The position numbers were made by a program, and so were the translations under genes. Positions 1 to 12,733 of a DNA stretch of 64,000 bases are shown one piece after another (the first letter of the stretch is position 1; each line of letters begins with the position of its first letter). The notes beneath the pieces were generated by a model. It was not told where the DNA came from. It saw only the letters and a program-made list of their open reading frames with translations, and ran no database searches. Where the stretch lies: positions 80,600,001 to 80,664,000 of the forward strand of contig JANJGN010000018.1 of NCBI GenBank assembly GCA_026770705.1, written 5' to 3'. This DNA comes from Isurus oxyrinchus (taxonomy: Eukaryota).

Positions 1-204
1 CATAGAAACCTGCTTATTAATGTAACAAGACTTTGAGCATTGATGTAATATGATTCTTATTATTGATGCAATAAGATTCTGATTATTAATATAATAGAAT
101 CATGATTAATGTGTTATGATCCTGATTGTTGGCGCAAGATGATCCTGATTACTGAAGAAATTGGTTTGGTATAAAAAAACAAACACCTAACTTTTCTTAA
201 TATA

Positions 205-2460
205 AATAAAAACAAAATACTACAGCTGCTGGAGATCTGAAATAAAAACAAAGGGCTTAAAAAATCTCAGGTTTGGCTGCAACTGTGAAGAGAGAAACAG
301 AGTTAATGTTTTGAGTCCAATATGACTCTTAAGAACTGAAGAGAACTGAAGGGGGGGGAGGAGAGATAGAGCAAAAGAGGTCAGGGATAGGTTAGAGGAT
401 AGAGGAGATCAAATGACAAAGATGTCATGGAACAAAAGGCACAAAGACAGTGGTAATGATAGTTAAAGGAACAGAATTGATGTGAATAGCTGAATAAAGG
501 TCAACACTGTCTGAAAGCAAAAACATGAGAACAAGATACAGACTGGCACTTGGGGGGGAAAATTCAAAATGGAGGATAGAGTTCATGGTCTGAAGTTGTA
601 AAACTCAATGTTGAGTCCAGAAGGCAGTAAAGTGCATGATCAGAAGATGAGTTGCTGTTCCTCCAGCTTGTGTTGGGCTTCACTGGAACATTTAGCAGGG
701 TGAGGGCAGAAATGTGAGCAAGATGGTGAATGGAAATGGCAGACCTCAGGAAGGTCGAGGTATGCTTGTGGACTGAACAGAGGTGTTCCGCAAAGCAGTC
801 ACCCAGTCTGCGTTTGGGCTCCCCAGGAGCTCAATCGGGAGACTTTATTGTGAGCAGCAAATGCAGTAGACTAAATTGAAAGAAGTACAAGTAAATTGCT
901 GCATCACCTGGAAGGAGTGTTTGGGACCTTGGGCAGTGGGAAGGGAGGAAGTAAAGAGGCAGGTGTTACACCTCCTGCAATTGCGTGTGAAAGTGCTATG
1001 TGAGAGGGATGAGGTGTTAAGGGCGATAGAGGAGTGGACCATGGTGTCACTGAGGGAATAGCCCCTTTGGAATGCTGACGGGGAAGATGTGTTAGAAATG
1101 GTGGAGGATGAATCTTTGAGGCTGGTGGGGGTGGTAAGTGAGGACAAGGGGAACCCTATCATGATTCTGGGAGTGAGGGGAAAAGGTGGGGGTAGAAGTG
1201 CAGGAAATGGGTTGGATACAGTTGAGGGTACTGTCAACTACAGTGGGGGGTAGCCTCGGCTAAGGAAAAAGGAAAATATGTCAGAAGTGCTGCTGTGAAA
1301 GGTAGCATTATTCGAACAGATGTAATAGTGACAGAGAAACTGGAAAAATGGAATGGAGTCCTTACAGGAAGCAGGGTGTGAGGATGTGTAGCGAGGTAGC
1401 TGTGGGAGGTGGTGGGCTTGTAATGAATATTAGTAGACAGTCTATCCCCAGAAATGGAGACAGAGAAGTCAAGGAAGGGAAAGGAAGTGTTGGAGATGGA
1501 CCATGTGAAGGTGAGAGAAGGGTGGAAATCAGAAGCAAAATTGGTTAATTTTTCCAGTTCTGACAAGAGCACGAAATGGCACCAATACAGTCATCAATGT
1601 GCCGGATAAAGAGCTGTGGGAGGTGCCTGAGCAGCACTGGAACAAGGAATGTTCCACATACCCCACAAAAAGGCAGGCATAACTGGGGTCCATGTGTGGA
1701 TACTCATTACCACACCTTTTATCTGGAGGACATGAGACGAGTTAAAGGAGATATTGCTCAGGTAGGTGGAGGAGGGTGGTGGTGATGGGAACTATTCCTG
1801 CCTCCGTTCAAGGAAGAAGCAGACAGTCGTGGTGAGTTTAAATATAGAGGGATTGAACATCCATAGTGAAGAGGAGGTGGTTAGAAATTATGCAGGGCAT
1901 CAGAAGAATCACAAATATGGGTGGGAAGAAACTGGACAACAGGAGAAAGAATAGAGTCAAGATAGGAAGAAATAAGTTCAGTAGGGCAGAAACAGGCTGA
2001 AATGATAGACCTACCAGGAGAGTCCTAGATAGAAGTGGGCTGCACAGTGTTGGGGGACTATGAGGTTGGAGGCTGTGAAGGGAAGTGCTCCAGAGGAGAT
2101 GAGGTCAGTGACAGTCCTGGAAACAATGGCTTGATGTTTGGTAGTGGGGTCATGGTCCAGGGGGAGGTAGGAGGAAGTGTCTGAGAGTTGGTGTTCAACC
2201 TCTGTAAGGTAGAAGTCATTACGGCAGAGAATAGCACCACCCTTGTCAGCAAATTTGATAACTAAGACAGGGTTCGAATTTAGAAAACAGAGTGCGGCAA
2301 GTTCAGAGGGATACAGGTTAGAGTTGGTGAGGAGAACAGAGAAATTAAGATAGCTGATGTCACACCAACAGTTATCAATGAAAAGGTCAAGTGCAGTAAG
2401 CGGCCCTAGGGAGAGGTCTAGGTGGAGGGAGAGTACTGGAAATGAAGGGGAACTCTTAGG
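205..2460 (-). mobile_element. Degenerate Penelope-like retroelement (RT + GIY-YIG remnants, terminal repeat at left end)
   Basis: Minus-strand ORF fragments: VIKFADKGGAIL (PLE DKG motif, 2011-2475), FHPSLTFTWSISNTSFPFLD...HYKPT (RT thumb, 1234-1572), CRRCNTC...FTCTSFNLVYCICCSQ (Zn finger/GIY-YIG start, 845-1237). Homologous to the plus-strand PLE at 55801-57276. Confidence 0.9.
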
Positions 2461-3100
2461 TGGTAAAGTTCCCATTTATCTGCTGCCCTTGTCCTTCTAG
2501 ATGGTACTGGTCTTGAGTTTGGAAGGTGCTGCCGAAGGAGCCTTGGTAAATTCCTGCAGTGCATCTTGTAGGTGGTTCACACTGCTGCTACTGTACATCA
2601 GTAGTGGAGAGAGTGAATGTTTGTGGATGTGGTGCCAATCAAGCGGGCTGCTTTGTCCTGGATGGCTTCTTCAGTGAAGTATGAGCTGCACTCATCCTGG
2701 CAAGTGGGGGGATTTCCATCACACTCCTGACTTGTGCCTTGTAGATGGTGGACAGGCTTTGGGTAGTCAGGAGGTGAGTTACTCATTGCATGATTCCCAG
2801 CCTTTGACCTGCGCTTTTAGCCACAGTATTTATATGGCTAGTCCAGTTCAGTTTCTGGTCAATGGTAAACCCCAGGATGTTGATAGTGGGGGATTCAGTG
2901 ATGGTAATGCCATTGAATGTAAAGGGGTGATGGTTGGATTCTCTCTTATTGGCAATGGTCATTGCCTGGCACTTGTGTGACACGAATGCTACTTGCTGCT
3001 TGTCAGCCCAAGCCTGGATATTGTCTGGGTCTTGCTGCATTTGGACATGGGCTGCTTCAGTGTCAGAGGAGTCGTGAATGGTGTTGAACATCATGCAATC
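2461..3100 (-). mobile_element. CR1/L2-group LINE, 3' fragment
   Basis: DNIQAWADK...KCQAMTI...ILGFTIDQKLNWTSHINTVA on the minus strand. Same family as 7990-8720, 14835-15415 and 42970-45305. Confidence 0.85.
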
Positions 3101-3104
3101 ACCT

Positions 3105-3480
3105 GACCCGACTCTATTTCCCCCTCCATCCGAACCCACCTGCAAACCCAACCTGACCTGGCGCCTTCACCCCACTGCCACCACAATACCAACACCCTCC
3201 CACAGGGCCACCGACCTGGCTCCACCTTCCCCCCCCCCCCCCACCAACACCCCCCCCCCCCCCCCCCCCCCCCCACCGTGCCAACCCTCTCCTCCTGACC
3301 CAACCTCCCTCCCAACCTCTGACACCATCACCCTGGTGTCTGACCACCCCCCCCCCCCCCAACCTCCTACCCTCCATGATGTGTGGTGCCAATCTCCCCA
3401 CACCCCATCAATGTCCAACAGCACCCCCCACCCCGATGTCTGATTCCCCCCGTTGTCCACTACTGCCGTTTAAAAAAAGG
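3105..3480. repeat. C-rich low-complexity tract with poly-C runs
   Basis: Poly-C runs at about 3229-3275 and 3346-3360 generate spurious Pro/Gly-rich ORFs. Confidence 0.85.
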
Positions 3481-3669
3481 GGGCATGTCCTTCTTCAGTT
3501 CGACGGAGCTGGACTGCAACGCTGGACCACGGAGACAGCCACACTGCCTGAATTTCACCCAGCCTAAATCAGAAGGTCGGACATGACAGGCACAGAGAAA
3601 ATTTAGAGTAAGTAATTGGGAACGGAGTGGCAATCTGACACTGTCACTCCAAGGAAGTTATGGCCTATT

Positions 3670-6600
3670 GTTTTTCCCTTGGGTTTAGTATATAATAAAC
3701 TTACTCTTTCTTATGCCAAGAGAACCTGGTTTGATTGGCTCTCTATGAAAAAGTAAAGGCATTTATATTGGAAAAGACATTTTAAAAAGCCAACTGAGGG
3801 GCCTGAATAAAGGGGAGCTCACTCCACCTCACTTGGCCGTAACAAAATTGTAAGCTCGTATCCAAGATTGTTCCCGTCGGCTAACAGAAGAATTAGAGTG
3901 GGATAAGTAAATTGTTCCTTTTGAAAACAATTTAAAAACTGTAAAAGGTTTTCTTGGGTCTGTATTACTAAAGCCTGAAAAATGTCCACATTTGATGCCA
4001 GTGCTTTTCTGGAACAGAGGGAAGTTAGTTTTGAAGGTTTAAGGGTTCTGCCCCTCGAAGTGATAGCCAGGCACTTAGAATTAGAGTTTCACTTGAAAGC
4101 TGTATGATGTATGATGTTAAAACGTGTGGCCAGAGAATTAGGTTGTGAACCTAAGTCAAGTGTAATTAAAGAAATAGAATTTGCGAGAATACAGCTGGAA
4201 CAGAAACAAAGCGAGTTAAAACTTCAAGAATTAGAGAGAGGAAGCATTCCAAAGAAGTCAGCAAGAAAGAGAGGAAGCTTCTCAAAAAAGTCAGCAAGAG
4301 AGAGAGGAAAGAGAAAAGGAAAGAGAAGGAGAAAGAGAGGAAGCTTTCCAAAGAAGACTATGTGAACTGGCTAAGGAGGTAAAGGCAGCCAAGGCAAGCC
4401 AAAGGATCGTACACCCAAAAGGCCAGGGGCAGTCCAGAGAGGCTATAAAGGCCACAGAAAGCCAGCAGGAACCTGCAGGAATACAAGGAGCTGAGAATGG
4501 TTCAAAAGCCCTGCAAAGGGGCAATGGAACCTGTAGGGTTGAAGTAGCTAGGAAAGGGCCGACCAGTTTTAAAGAAGGCAAGGAAAAGCAGCAGAATTCT
4601 TCAAGGGTTCAGAGAGCTGGAGAATTTTCAGAAGTCTGAAAAGGGGCAATAGAGCTAGCATGGGCTGGAGTAGCTAAGAAACAGCTGCTTGAATTTAAAA
4701 AGGTCAAGGTTACGCCTGTAGAGTTAGAGGTCCAGGAAGGACCAGTGGAATATAAAACAGAATTTGGAATTTCAAAGAGAATGACCCAGAAAGTGGGTTA
4801 ATGGATATGTTTTTCTCAGAAATAAATAGGGACCAGGGAAACTCCAAAGCAAGTAAAGAAAACACTGGACAGCCACTTGAAGTTAAAAGGGCCAAAGATA
4901 GGCTAGCAGAAGTACAAAGAGACATGGGAGAGGTTAAGAGAATGTTTCTTCCTAAATTGAAAGAGAAAGAGAGGAGAACCTACCCCAAAGCAGGCAACAC
5001 TTGTGAAAACCATAAAAGGATACACCAGTGTGTAGAGTTATCTACAGGTAAATCAAGTAAGCAAGTTCAAATCCTAAACCTCAACAAACTCAGCAGTGTA
5101 GAGGCAGAGTCCACTAACGGTGAGATAATAGAGGTGGGTTCAGTCACCATGCTCTCTCTCTTGCTGACTTTTTTGAGAAGCTTCCTCTCTTTCTTGCTGA
5201 CTTCTTTGGAAGGCTTCCTCTCTCTCTAATTCTTGGAGTTTTAACTCGCTTTGTTTCTGTTCCAGCTGTATTCTCGTAAATTCTATTTCTTTAATTACAC
5301 TTGCCTTAGGTTCGCAACCTAATTCTCTGGCCACATGTTTTAACATCATACATCATACAGTTTTCAAGTGAAACTCTAATTCTAATTTACAATACCCTTC
5401 CACCATAGGAATCATGTTTGTAAAAGAGGAAGAGAGGGTTACCTACCCTAAAGCAGGCAATACATGTGGTGGTCACAAGGGGAATAGCATGAAACTCCTG
5501 CAGGGTTAACCACTGATAAGTAAGACCAAGTTTTAAACCTCAACCAGAACTGTGTTGATGGAAAATTCCCTAAAAGTGAAGCACCAGACACAAAACTGGG
5601 AAGCCCTACAGGAGGTAAAAATCCAAGTACAGTCCAACAAGGTCTTAATAATGAGTTTGTAAAAGTCCCTGAGGTTAAGCAAATAGATTCATGGGTTACT
5701 GAGGTGGGCAAGGAATTATTAAACCTGACAAGAGCAGCTCAGCCCTACAGTCAAAGGAATTTGCACATGAAAGCCTTTGTGAAAAATGGCATTAAGATAG
5801 GGCCAGGGAGAAGCACATGTCACCCCTGCAGGTAATACAGAACAGCCTGGCTGTGATTAACAACCTGGGAGCTGACCATCAGGTAAACCCATCAACCCTC
5901 TTAGATGATGCTTAATCCACAGTTACAGCAAGAGTCGGGCACAGGATTATGACAAACATGACTACCACCAGAGATACAGCCACTTCAGAACCCTGATACC
6001 AGCCTAATTTTTCAAATGAAAGTAACCAACCACTTGAAAAAAATAATGTGCGAGCAGGTTATCCAGGGCCTAATGCAGTCGTTAGAACTGATGGGATAAT
6101 CCAGGCCAAGGCTAAGAGAATGAATAGGAGTGAATGTGTTTGTTGATTTATATATATATTATTTTGTAATGAAATGAGAGTGAATCTCATTTCATTTCCC
6201 TGTGAGAGGGAGGTGTCACAATCTATCTATAACTTCACCAAAACTAAGCTAACTAAAAACGAATTAACTAAAAACAAATTGAACTGTTTAAAGAGGACCT
6301 GTTCTTTTAAAAAAAAAAACAAGAAAAGTCATTGACCAAAGATGGCTACAACCAGTCACCTGATGTCCGGTATTATAAGTTGACCACTTTTCTAACAAGT
6401 TTCTATATGGATTGCACTGCAGACCTACCCTGACACGTTGCATGGAATTTCACACCAGGGTGCGTGTTAGGGTCCACTTTAAAAAGGAACTCTTGAAAGG
6501 AAGGCATTAAAAATGCAAATCACTGGACTTTAATCAACAGTAATTCTGTCACGACAATGAGAACTGCTAACCAGCCAGATACACCGACAAGGGCAAGATT

Positions 6601-6760
6601 CTGCCCTATATATCATACCTACCTTTTTTTTACAGCAGCAATCTGACCTCAGAGAGCAATCCATTAGCCACACCCACCAACAAAAGAACACAGGTATTTC
6701 AAGGAGCCTTGCAGCTGTTAGAAATCAGTCCAAGCTTCATGTCAGTCACTGCTGCCACAG
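3670..6760 (+). mobile_element. Degenerate non-autonomous Gypsy-type LTR element (5' LTR end, gag-like coiled coil, PPT, start of 3' LTR)
   Basis: LTR-like end ...GGCCGTAACA at 3844, then a decayed tRNA-Pro-like PBS. Glu/Lys/Arg-rich gag-like remnant at 4111-4365. Purine tract GAGAGGGAGG followed by TGTCACA at about 6204-6220. Outer boundaries are approximate. Confidence 0.55.
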
Positions 6761-7257
6761 AGCTCATGACCCAAAAATTGTGTCTCGTGACCCTACTCTG
6801 GGTTATGACTCAGAGTTCGGGAAGCCCTGTTATAGTGGAAAGTTAATGGATATTATTTAGACGCACTTCCAGAGGCATTTAATAAAGTACCTCATAAGAG
6901 AGGATATTAGCTAAAACTACATGGGATATGCAGCACAGAAACAGGCCTTTTAGCCCAAACAGTCCATGCTGGTATTTATTGTTATGGGTAGGGGGGTGAT
7001 GGTAGAATGGTTCTCCCTTTGTTCCAGGTCTCGGCCGACCAAGTGCTATAACTCTCGAGGACAGGCAAATGACATGTTTTCTCATAGGTTTTTAAAAAGA
7101 ATAATTGTTTATTACTCAACACCCAAAATCTGTACACAACATAACTCACTCACACAATCACACACATAAATACATGCACGGTCACAAGAAAAAGTGATTA
7201 CAAAAAAGGTAACATGCACTTAGGTCTTAAAAGTCAAAAAATCCACTGTTGTACTTG

Positions 7258-7458
7258 GATAAAAGCAAAATACTGCGGATGCTGGAAATCTGAAACAAAA
7301 ACAGAAAATGCTGGAAAAACTCAGCAGGTCTAACAGCATCAGTGGAGAGAGAAGCAGAGTTAACGTTTTGAGTCCGTATAACCCTTCTAGAAGAAAGATC
7401 ATACATAGATGCCGTCAGCCCTGCTGAATTTTTCCAGCATTATCTGTTCTGGTTGTGG
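7258..7458 (-). mobile_element. Short PLE terminal-repeat insertion with partial inverted copy
   Basis: Matches the terminal repeat of the PLEs in the window. Flanked by CACTGTTGTACTTG (7244-7257) and CACTGCTGTACTTG (7459-7472). Confidence 0.8.
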
Positions 7459-7989
7459 CACTGCTGTACTTGCTTCTTTCAAGATGATGGCTTGAAACAT
7501 TACATGCCTGTGATTCCCATTACGGTCCACTAAAGAAATAGAGGTTGGAGGTTTATGAAGTTGGCTTTGCAGTGGCTTACTGCTAGTAGCAGCAGGTTTC
7601 TCTGGCTTCACTCCAGTCAAGTTGTAGTCAAACCCCTGCAGTGAAAACCTGGTTTGATTCTTCACATAGGTAGGTAAAGCCCAGCCCAAATCCTTTGCCT
7701 CCCAATAGATTTTACGCAGGATCCTGTTCTTTTCCTGGTTTGGAACTCCTTTCTTTCTCTCCAAAACTGTGTCTTATTAAAAGCTCATTATCAAAAACCT
7801 GGTTTTTGTCATGTGACCATAGTATTTGCTTTTTCATTGTTCTTACAAATGGTTTCTGACAGTCTGGGCATTGACACACAATGGTGTTCCAGTTTTACCC
7901 ATTATGTAACCTTGTGATAGAATGGATTCTTTTCATACCCATTCTTTGCAGTTCCACTCTGAAGCCAAGAAGTCTGCAAGTCCATTGCT

Positions 7990-8720
7990 TTTTTTATTCA
8001 TTCACAGGATGTGGTCTTCGCTGGCTGGGCCTATTGCCCATCCCTTAAGAAGGTGGTGGTGAGCTGCCTTCTTGAACTACTGTAGTCCATGTGGTGAAGG
8101 TACACCCTCAATGGTGTTAGAAAGGGAGTTCTAGGGTTTTGATCCAGCGACAGTGAAGGAACGGCAATATATTTCCAAGTCACAATAGTGAGTGACTTGC
8201 AGGGGAACCTCCAGGTGATGGTGTTCCCATTTATCTGCTGCCCTTGTCCTTCTCGATGACATTGTTCGTGGGTTTGGAAGGTGCTGTCCAAGGAGCCTTG
8301 GTGAATTCCTACCATCTTGTAGATGGTACAGATTGTTGCTACTATGCGTTGGTGGTGGAGGGAGTGAATGACTATGGATGTGGTGCCAATCAAGCAGGCT
8401 GCTTTGTCCTGGATGATGTCAAGCTTCTTCAGTGTTGTGGGAACTGCACTCATCCAGGCAAGTGGGGAGTACTCCATCACACTCCTGACTTGTGCCTTGT
8501 AGATGGTGGACAGGCTTTGGGGAGGCAGGAGGTGAGTTACTTGTCACACTATTCCTAGCCTCTGACCTGCTCTTGTAGCCATAGTATTTATATGGCTTTT
8601 GTAGTTCTGTTTCTGGTCGATGGATGTTGATAGTGAGGGATTCAGTGATGGTAATGCCATTGAACATCAAAGAGCAATGGTTAGATTCTCTCTTGTTGGA
8701 TATGGTCATTGCCTGACACT
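7990..8720 (-). mobile_element. CR1/L2-group LINE 3' end
   Basis: MEYSPLAWMSA...LKKLDIIQDKAACLIG on the minus strand; TGAATAAAAAA-type tail near 7990. Confidence 0.85.
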
Positions 8721-9089
8721 TGGGACACTAGAAACGAGTGAACTAGTTTCAGAAATTATTTGGACAATGGCAGCCATTTTTCCACCATGAAAGATCTGTT
8801 GCATTTTAATGCCTTCTCAATTAAGTGTCCCAAAATGTTGCTTGCATTTTAATGTCTTACCCAGACATGCAGACTAGCTTCCAGGGCCTTCTGTAGTTCC
8901 ATGTATATTGGCAGAAAAGGAAAATGGCCAGCTGACCTCTCAACTCCATTTTCTTTCAAAAGCAGAGTGTCCATTATCTATTTTGTTTTATAAGCGAAGT
9001 GTCAATTTTCCATAAATCCGTGAGTCTATTTCTTGCATGAGCATGAGATATGCTCCTCCCATTTCTCTTCATCTAAATATACAGTTGTA

Positions 9090-10550
9090 ACTTATATTCT
9101 CTTCTCCCTTACATGCTTGTCCAGCTTCCCCTTAGATGCATTTATGCGATTTTCTTCAGCCATTCCCTGTTGTAGCAAATTCCACTTTCTCTCCATTATT
9201 TGGGGAAAGACGTTTCTTCTGAATTCCCTCTTGGTAACTATCTTATATTGATGGCATCTAGTTATGCTCTTCCCCACAAAAGGAAACATTCTCTCCATAT
9301 CTACTTTATTAAAATATTTCATAATTTTAAATACCTCTATTAGGCCACTCCTCAGCCCTCTTTTTTTCAAGAGAGAAGAAATCAAGCCGTCAATCCTTTC
9401 CTGATATGTACACCCACATATTTCTGGTGTCATCCTTGTAAATTTATTCTGCACCCCCCCTTCAGCGCCTCTATAATCTTTTTATAATGTGGTGACAGAA
9501 ATGCCCGCAGCACTGTGAAGTCTGGTCTGGCCAAGATTCTATACAGATTTAGCATAACTTCCCTACTTCTATCCCTTTAGAAATAAAGCCTGGTGCCTGG
9601 TTGCCTTTATTTATTGCTTTGCAAACCTAAGGCATACCTTTTGGTGATTATTGTATTTGTACTCTGAGATCCCTTTGTTCCTCTACCCTATCTAGACTTG
9701 TACCTTCCAAGTAATAAGTAACCCCACTATTCTTCCTACCAAAATGTACTGCCTCACATTTATCTGTGTCGAACTTCATTTGACAAATATTTGCCCAGTC
9801 TGCAAGTTTATTCATATCCACCAGTAATTTGTTGCAGTCCTTCTCAGTGTTGACTATCCCCCCAATTTGCTGTCATCAGCAAATTTAGAAATTGTGTTTT
9901 TGATTCCAACGTCCAAAAATCAAATTGAAGCTCATGGAGAATCGAAGGAAAATTATCAACCTGGTTAGGAAACCGGCTCGGGGGAAGAGACAGAGTAGAG
10001 AAAATGGGCAGGTAATCTAATTGACTGGATGTGATTCGTGTGTTCTGAAAGGATTTACGTTGGGTTCTCAACTACTGCATTCACCATTTTAGTTGGTGAA
10101 TAGATCATGTAGTAGAAAGTCACATATCCAAATTTGCTGATGACACAAAGGTTTGGGACATTGTTACCAGCATAGATAGTAGCATAACACTGCAAAGAAC
10201 TATTGAAAGATTAAGTGAATACGCAAAACTGTGGCAAATGGATTTCAATATAGGCAAATGCGTGATGATCCACTTTGGGCCTAAAAAAATGTTGAGCAGG
10301 GTACTTTCTAAATAATGAAAGGCTAGAAACAATGGTGGTCCTAAGAGGCTTGGGAGCCCAGATATATTGACCATTAAAATGCCATGAACAGGTACAGAAT
10401 TGAATGGAAAAGGCTATGGAATACTGGCCTTTATATCCAGAGGAATCAATGCAAGGGCATAGAAGTCATAGCTCAGAAATTCAAAGACATGGTTAGGCTA
10501 CAATTGGAGTATTGTGAGCAGTTCTTGGCATCACACTTTACGAAAGGTTT
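9090..10550. mobile_element. Two CR1 RT fragments in opposite orientations (9090-9905 minus, 9930-10550 plus)
   Basis: FADDSKLG / SKFADDTK motifs, VRLQLEYC, LIEVFKIMK; multiple stops. Confidence 0.8.
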
Positions 10551-10599
10551 AGGAAAACCTATTTGGTTGATGTGGTGTCACGTTTGAATAGCTAGCAGT

Positions 10600-11050
10600 G
10601 TGTGCAAGCAGTGAGCTGTGGGTGTGAGGCTTGCAGCAGTGTTATGTGTGTGAGTCTGAGGTGAAGAATATAATGTAGACATGAGCCCTGATTGATAAAG
10701 ATTACTGTTAGTTGCGTAATGGTGGTATGGTGGATTGAGCAAGGGCTGCTAATGCTGCAGTTGGTGGGATATGGTATTTGAAAAATCAGTCACTAACCTT
10801 GCCCGCTCCTATGAACTTGCAGCATAGCGTCCAGGTCCTTGGGGCTGGATTCCTGGAATCGACCTCTGTGGCTAACTGTTTCCACTGCCTTCTCATCATC
10901 TGTCTGGATGTCCTTCTGTGCCCCTGAGGACACAGAACATCTCTGTCTTTTCCACCTCCCCCACAAAGGCCTCCAGTGCAGCATTTGAAAACCTGGAAGC
11001 TGGCTTTTTTCCATGATCAGCCATTCTTCTCTCTTTCTCAGGTCAGATTC
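10600..11050 (-). mobile_element. Fragment of Harbinger Myb/SANT-like accessory gene
   Basis: Resembles the first exon of the Harbinger second ORFs at 33600-33850 and 60740-61040; heavily decayed. Confidence 0.45.
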
Positions 11051-11748
11051 AGTTGCAGAATGAGCCCCAGGATCTCCTCCAGCCACAGCAGGTCTGGCAG
11101 CATCAACAGAGAAACAGAGTTACTGGTTGAGAATTCCACAATTATAAGCATTTTACACCATGCAGTAGTAACTGTTTCAGGGATAGTTTGGTACTGGAAG
11201 ACTTAACGAGGACTAGGTGGATTAGTGCATAATATGGAAACAGCTCAAAGTTTACACTGTCATCCCTGAACTGTATTTCCAATGAAAATCCTCCTTGTTT
11301 TTCAATGTATTAATATTGTTACTTTAACTCTGTTGCTTCAATATTTCTGCTAATTTTGTTCACTTTCTTTCCCTCTTTTTTGGTCTATGGGTTGGAAGAG
11401 AAATCAAACAACAAATGTTTCCATTCTCCTCACCCACAGACTTTCTCTTCTCCCTCACAAATCTTTTCATTGCTGCTAGGTTTCTTTCAATGTTCCAAAC
11501 TGAAATTCAAAGCTGCCTCACTTCCCATTTTCCATCTCCACAGGTCTTTCCCAGTCCTCACTCCCTCAGAATCTTTAACCTGAGGTTCAGATTCTACTAC
11601 ACACTTGAGCTTCAGTGTGTTTCTTCCTCACCCTCTGTATCCTGAGATTTCTATTTAGTTTTCTTCAGTTAACTGAGTGAAGTCTCATTGATAATGAGGG
11701 AGGTGGAGTTTGCCTCACTCACAGCAATATAGTAAAATGTTCTATACC

Positions 11749-12444
11749 TTCGGTCTGTCTGCAAGCCTGACCCAGACTTTCCTGTCGCTTGCCATTTCAA
11801 CACGCCACCCTGCTCTCATGCCCACATATCCGTCCTTGACCTGCTGCATTGTTCCAGTGAAGCTCAACGCAAACTGGAGGAACAGCACATCATCTTCCAA
11901 CTAGGCACTTTACAGCCTTCCAGACTTAACATTGAGTTCAACAAGTTCAGATCATGAACTCTCTCCTCCATCACCACCCCCTTTCCGATCCCCCTTTTTC
12001 CAATTATTTATAATTTTAAAATTTTTTTTTTACAACTTTTTTTTTCTCTTCCCTCCTATTTTTAAATTTATTTCAATCCATTGTTTCATCTCCACCTTTT
12101 AACCCATTTCAATCCCTTCCCCCCACCCCACCCGCACCAGGGCCATCTGCCACCAGCTTGCTTCCCTTAATATCACCATTAGCACATCCTTTAGATAATA
12201 TCACCACCGTCAACACCCCTTTGTCGTTTGGTCTATGACATCTTTGGTAGTTTCTTCTTGGCCTCCACCTATCACTGGCCCTCTATTGTGTTCTACCTGT
12301 CCTCGCCCCCTTCTACCGGCTTATATTTCATCTCATTTCTATATGTCTTAGTTCTGATGAAGGGTCATACGGACAAGAAACATCAACTGTGTCCCTCTCC
12401 GCAGATGCTGTCAGACCTGCTGAGTTTTTCCAGGTACTTTTGTT
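11749..12444 (+). mobile_element. PLE 3' fragment (GIY-YIG end + terminal repeat)
   Basis: Collinear with 56560-57240 (...CSSEAQRKLEEQHIIFQLGTLQP...). Degraded AATGTTCTA duplication at both flanks. Confidence 0.9.
12350..12388 (+). ncRNA. Minimal type I hammerhead ribozyme motif in PLE terminal repeat
   Basis: AGUU-CUGAUGA-A-GGGUC(AUACG)GACAA-GAAAC-AUC-AACU: canonical CUGAUGA and GAAA cores, stem I AGUU/AACU, NUH triplet AUC. PLE terminal repeats are known to carry minimal hammerheads. Activity not shown. Confidence 0.7.
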
Positions 12445-12733
12445 AATGTTCTACTCCACCTGATTTTGGGAAAATCCTCTCCACAATACAGTAAATAACC
12501 ATGTAGAGCAGTGCTTTTAAATAGACAAACTCCAACACCCTCGCTCCAGTTATAATATAACATTTACACACAACAAAAACAAATATCTCATTTGGTTAGA
12601 GCCACAATAAATCTTTCATACATGAATAATTCAAAAATAAATAAATATTAAAGGCAATTAGAGAAAGCCAAGAGTTCTGATGATGTCATTTAGATTTTGA
12701 ATCACATGATACCCAAATTTGGTTGGAACAGAT

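Noticed and set aside
3078-3460. Pro-rich and Gly-rich ORFs on both strands
   Set aside because: Products of poly-C low complexity; no domain.
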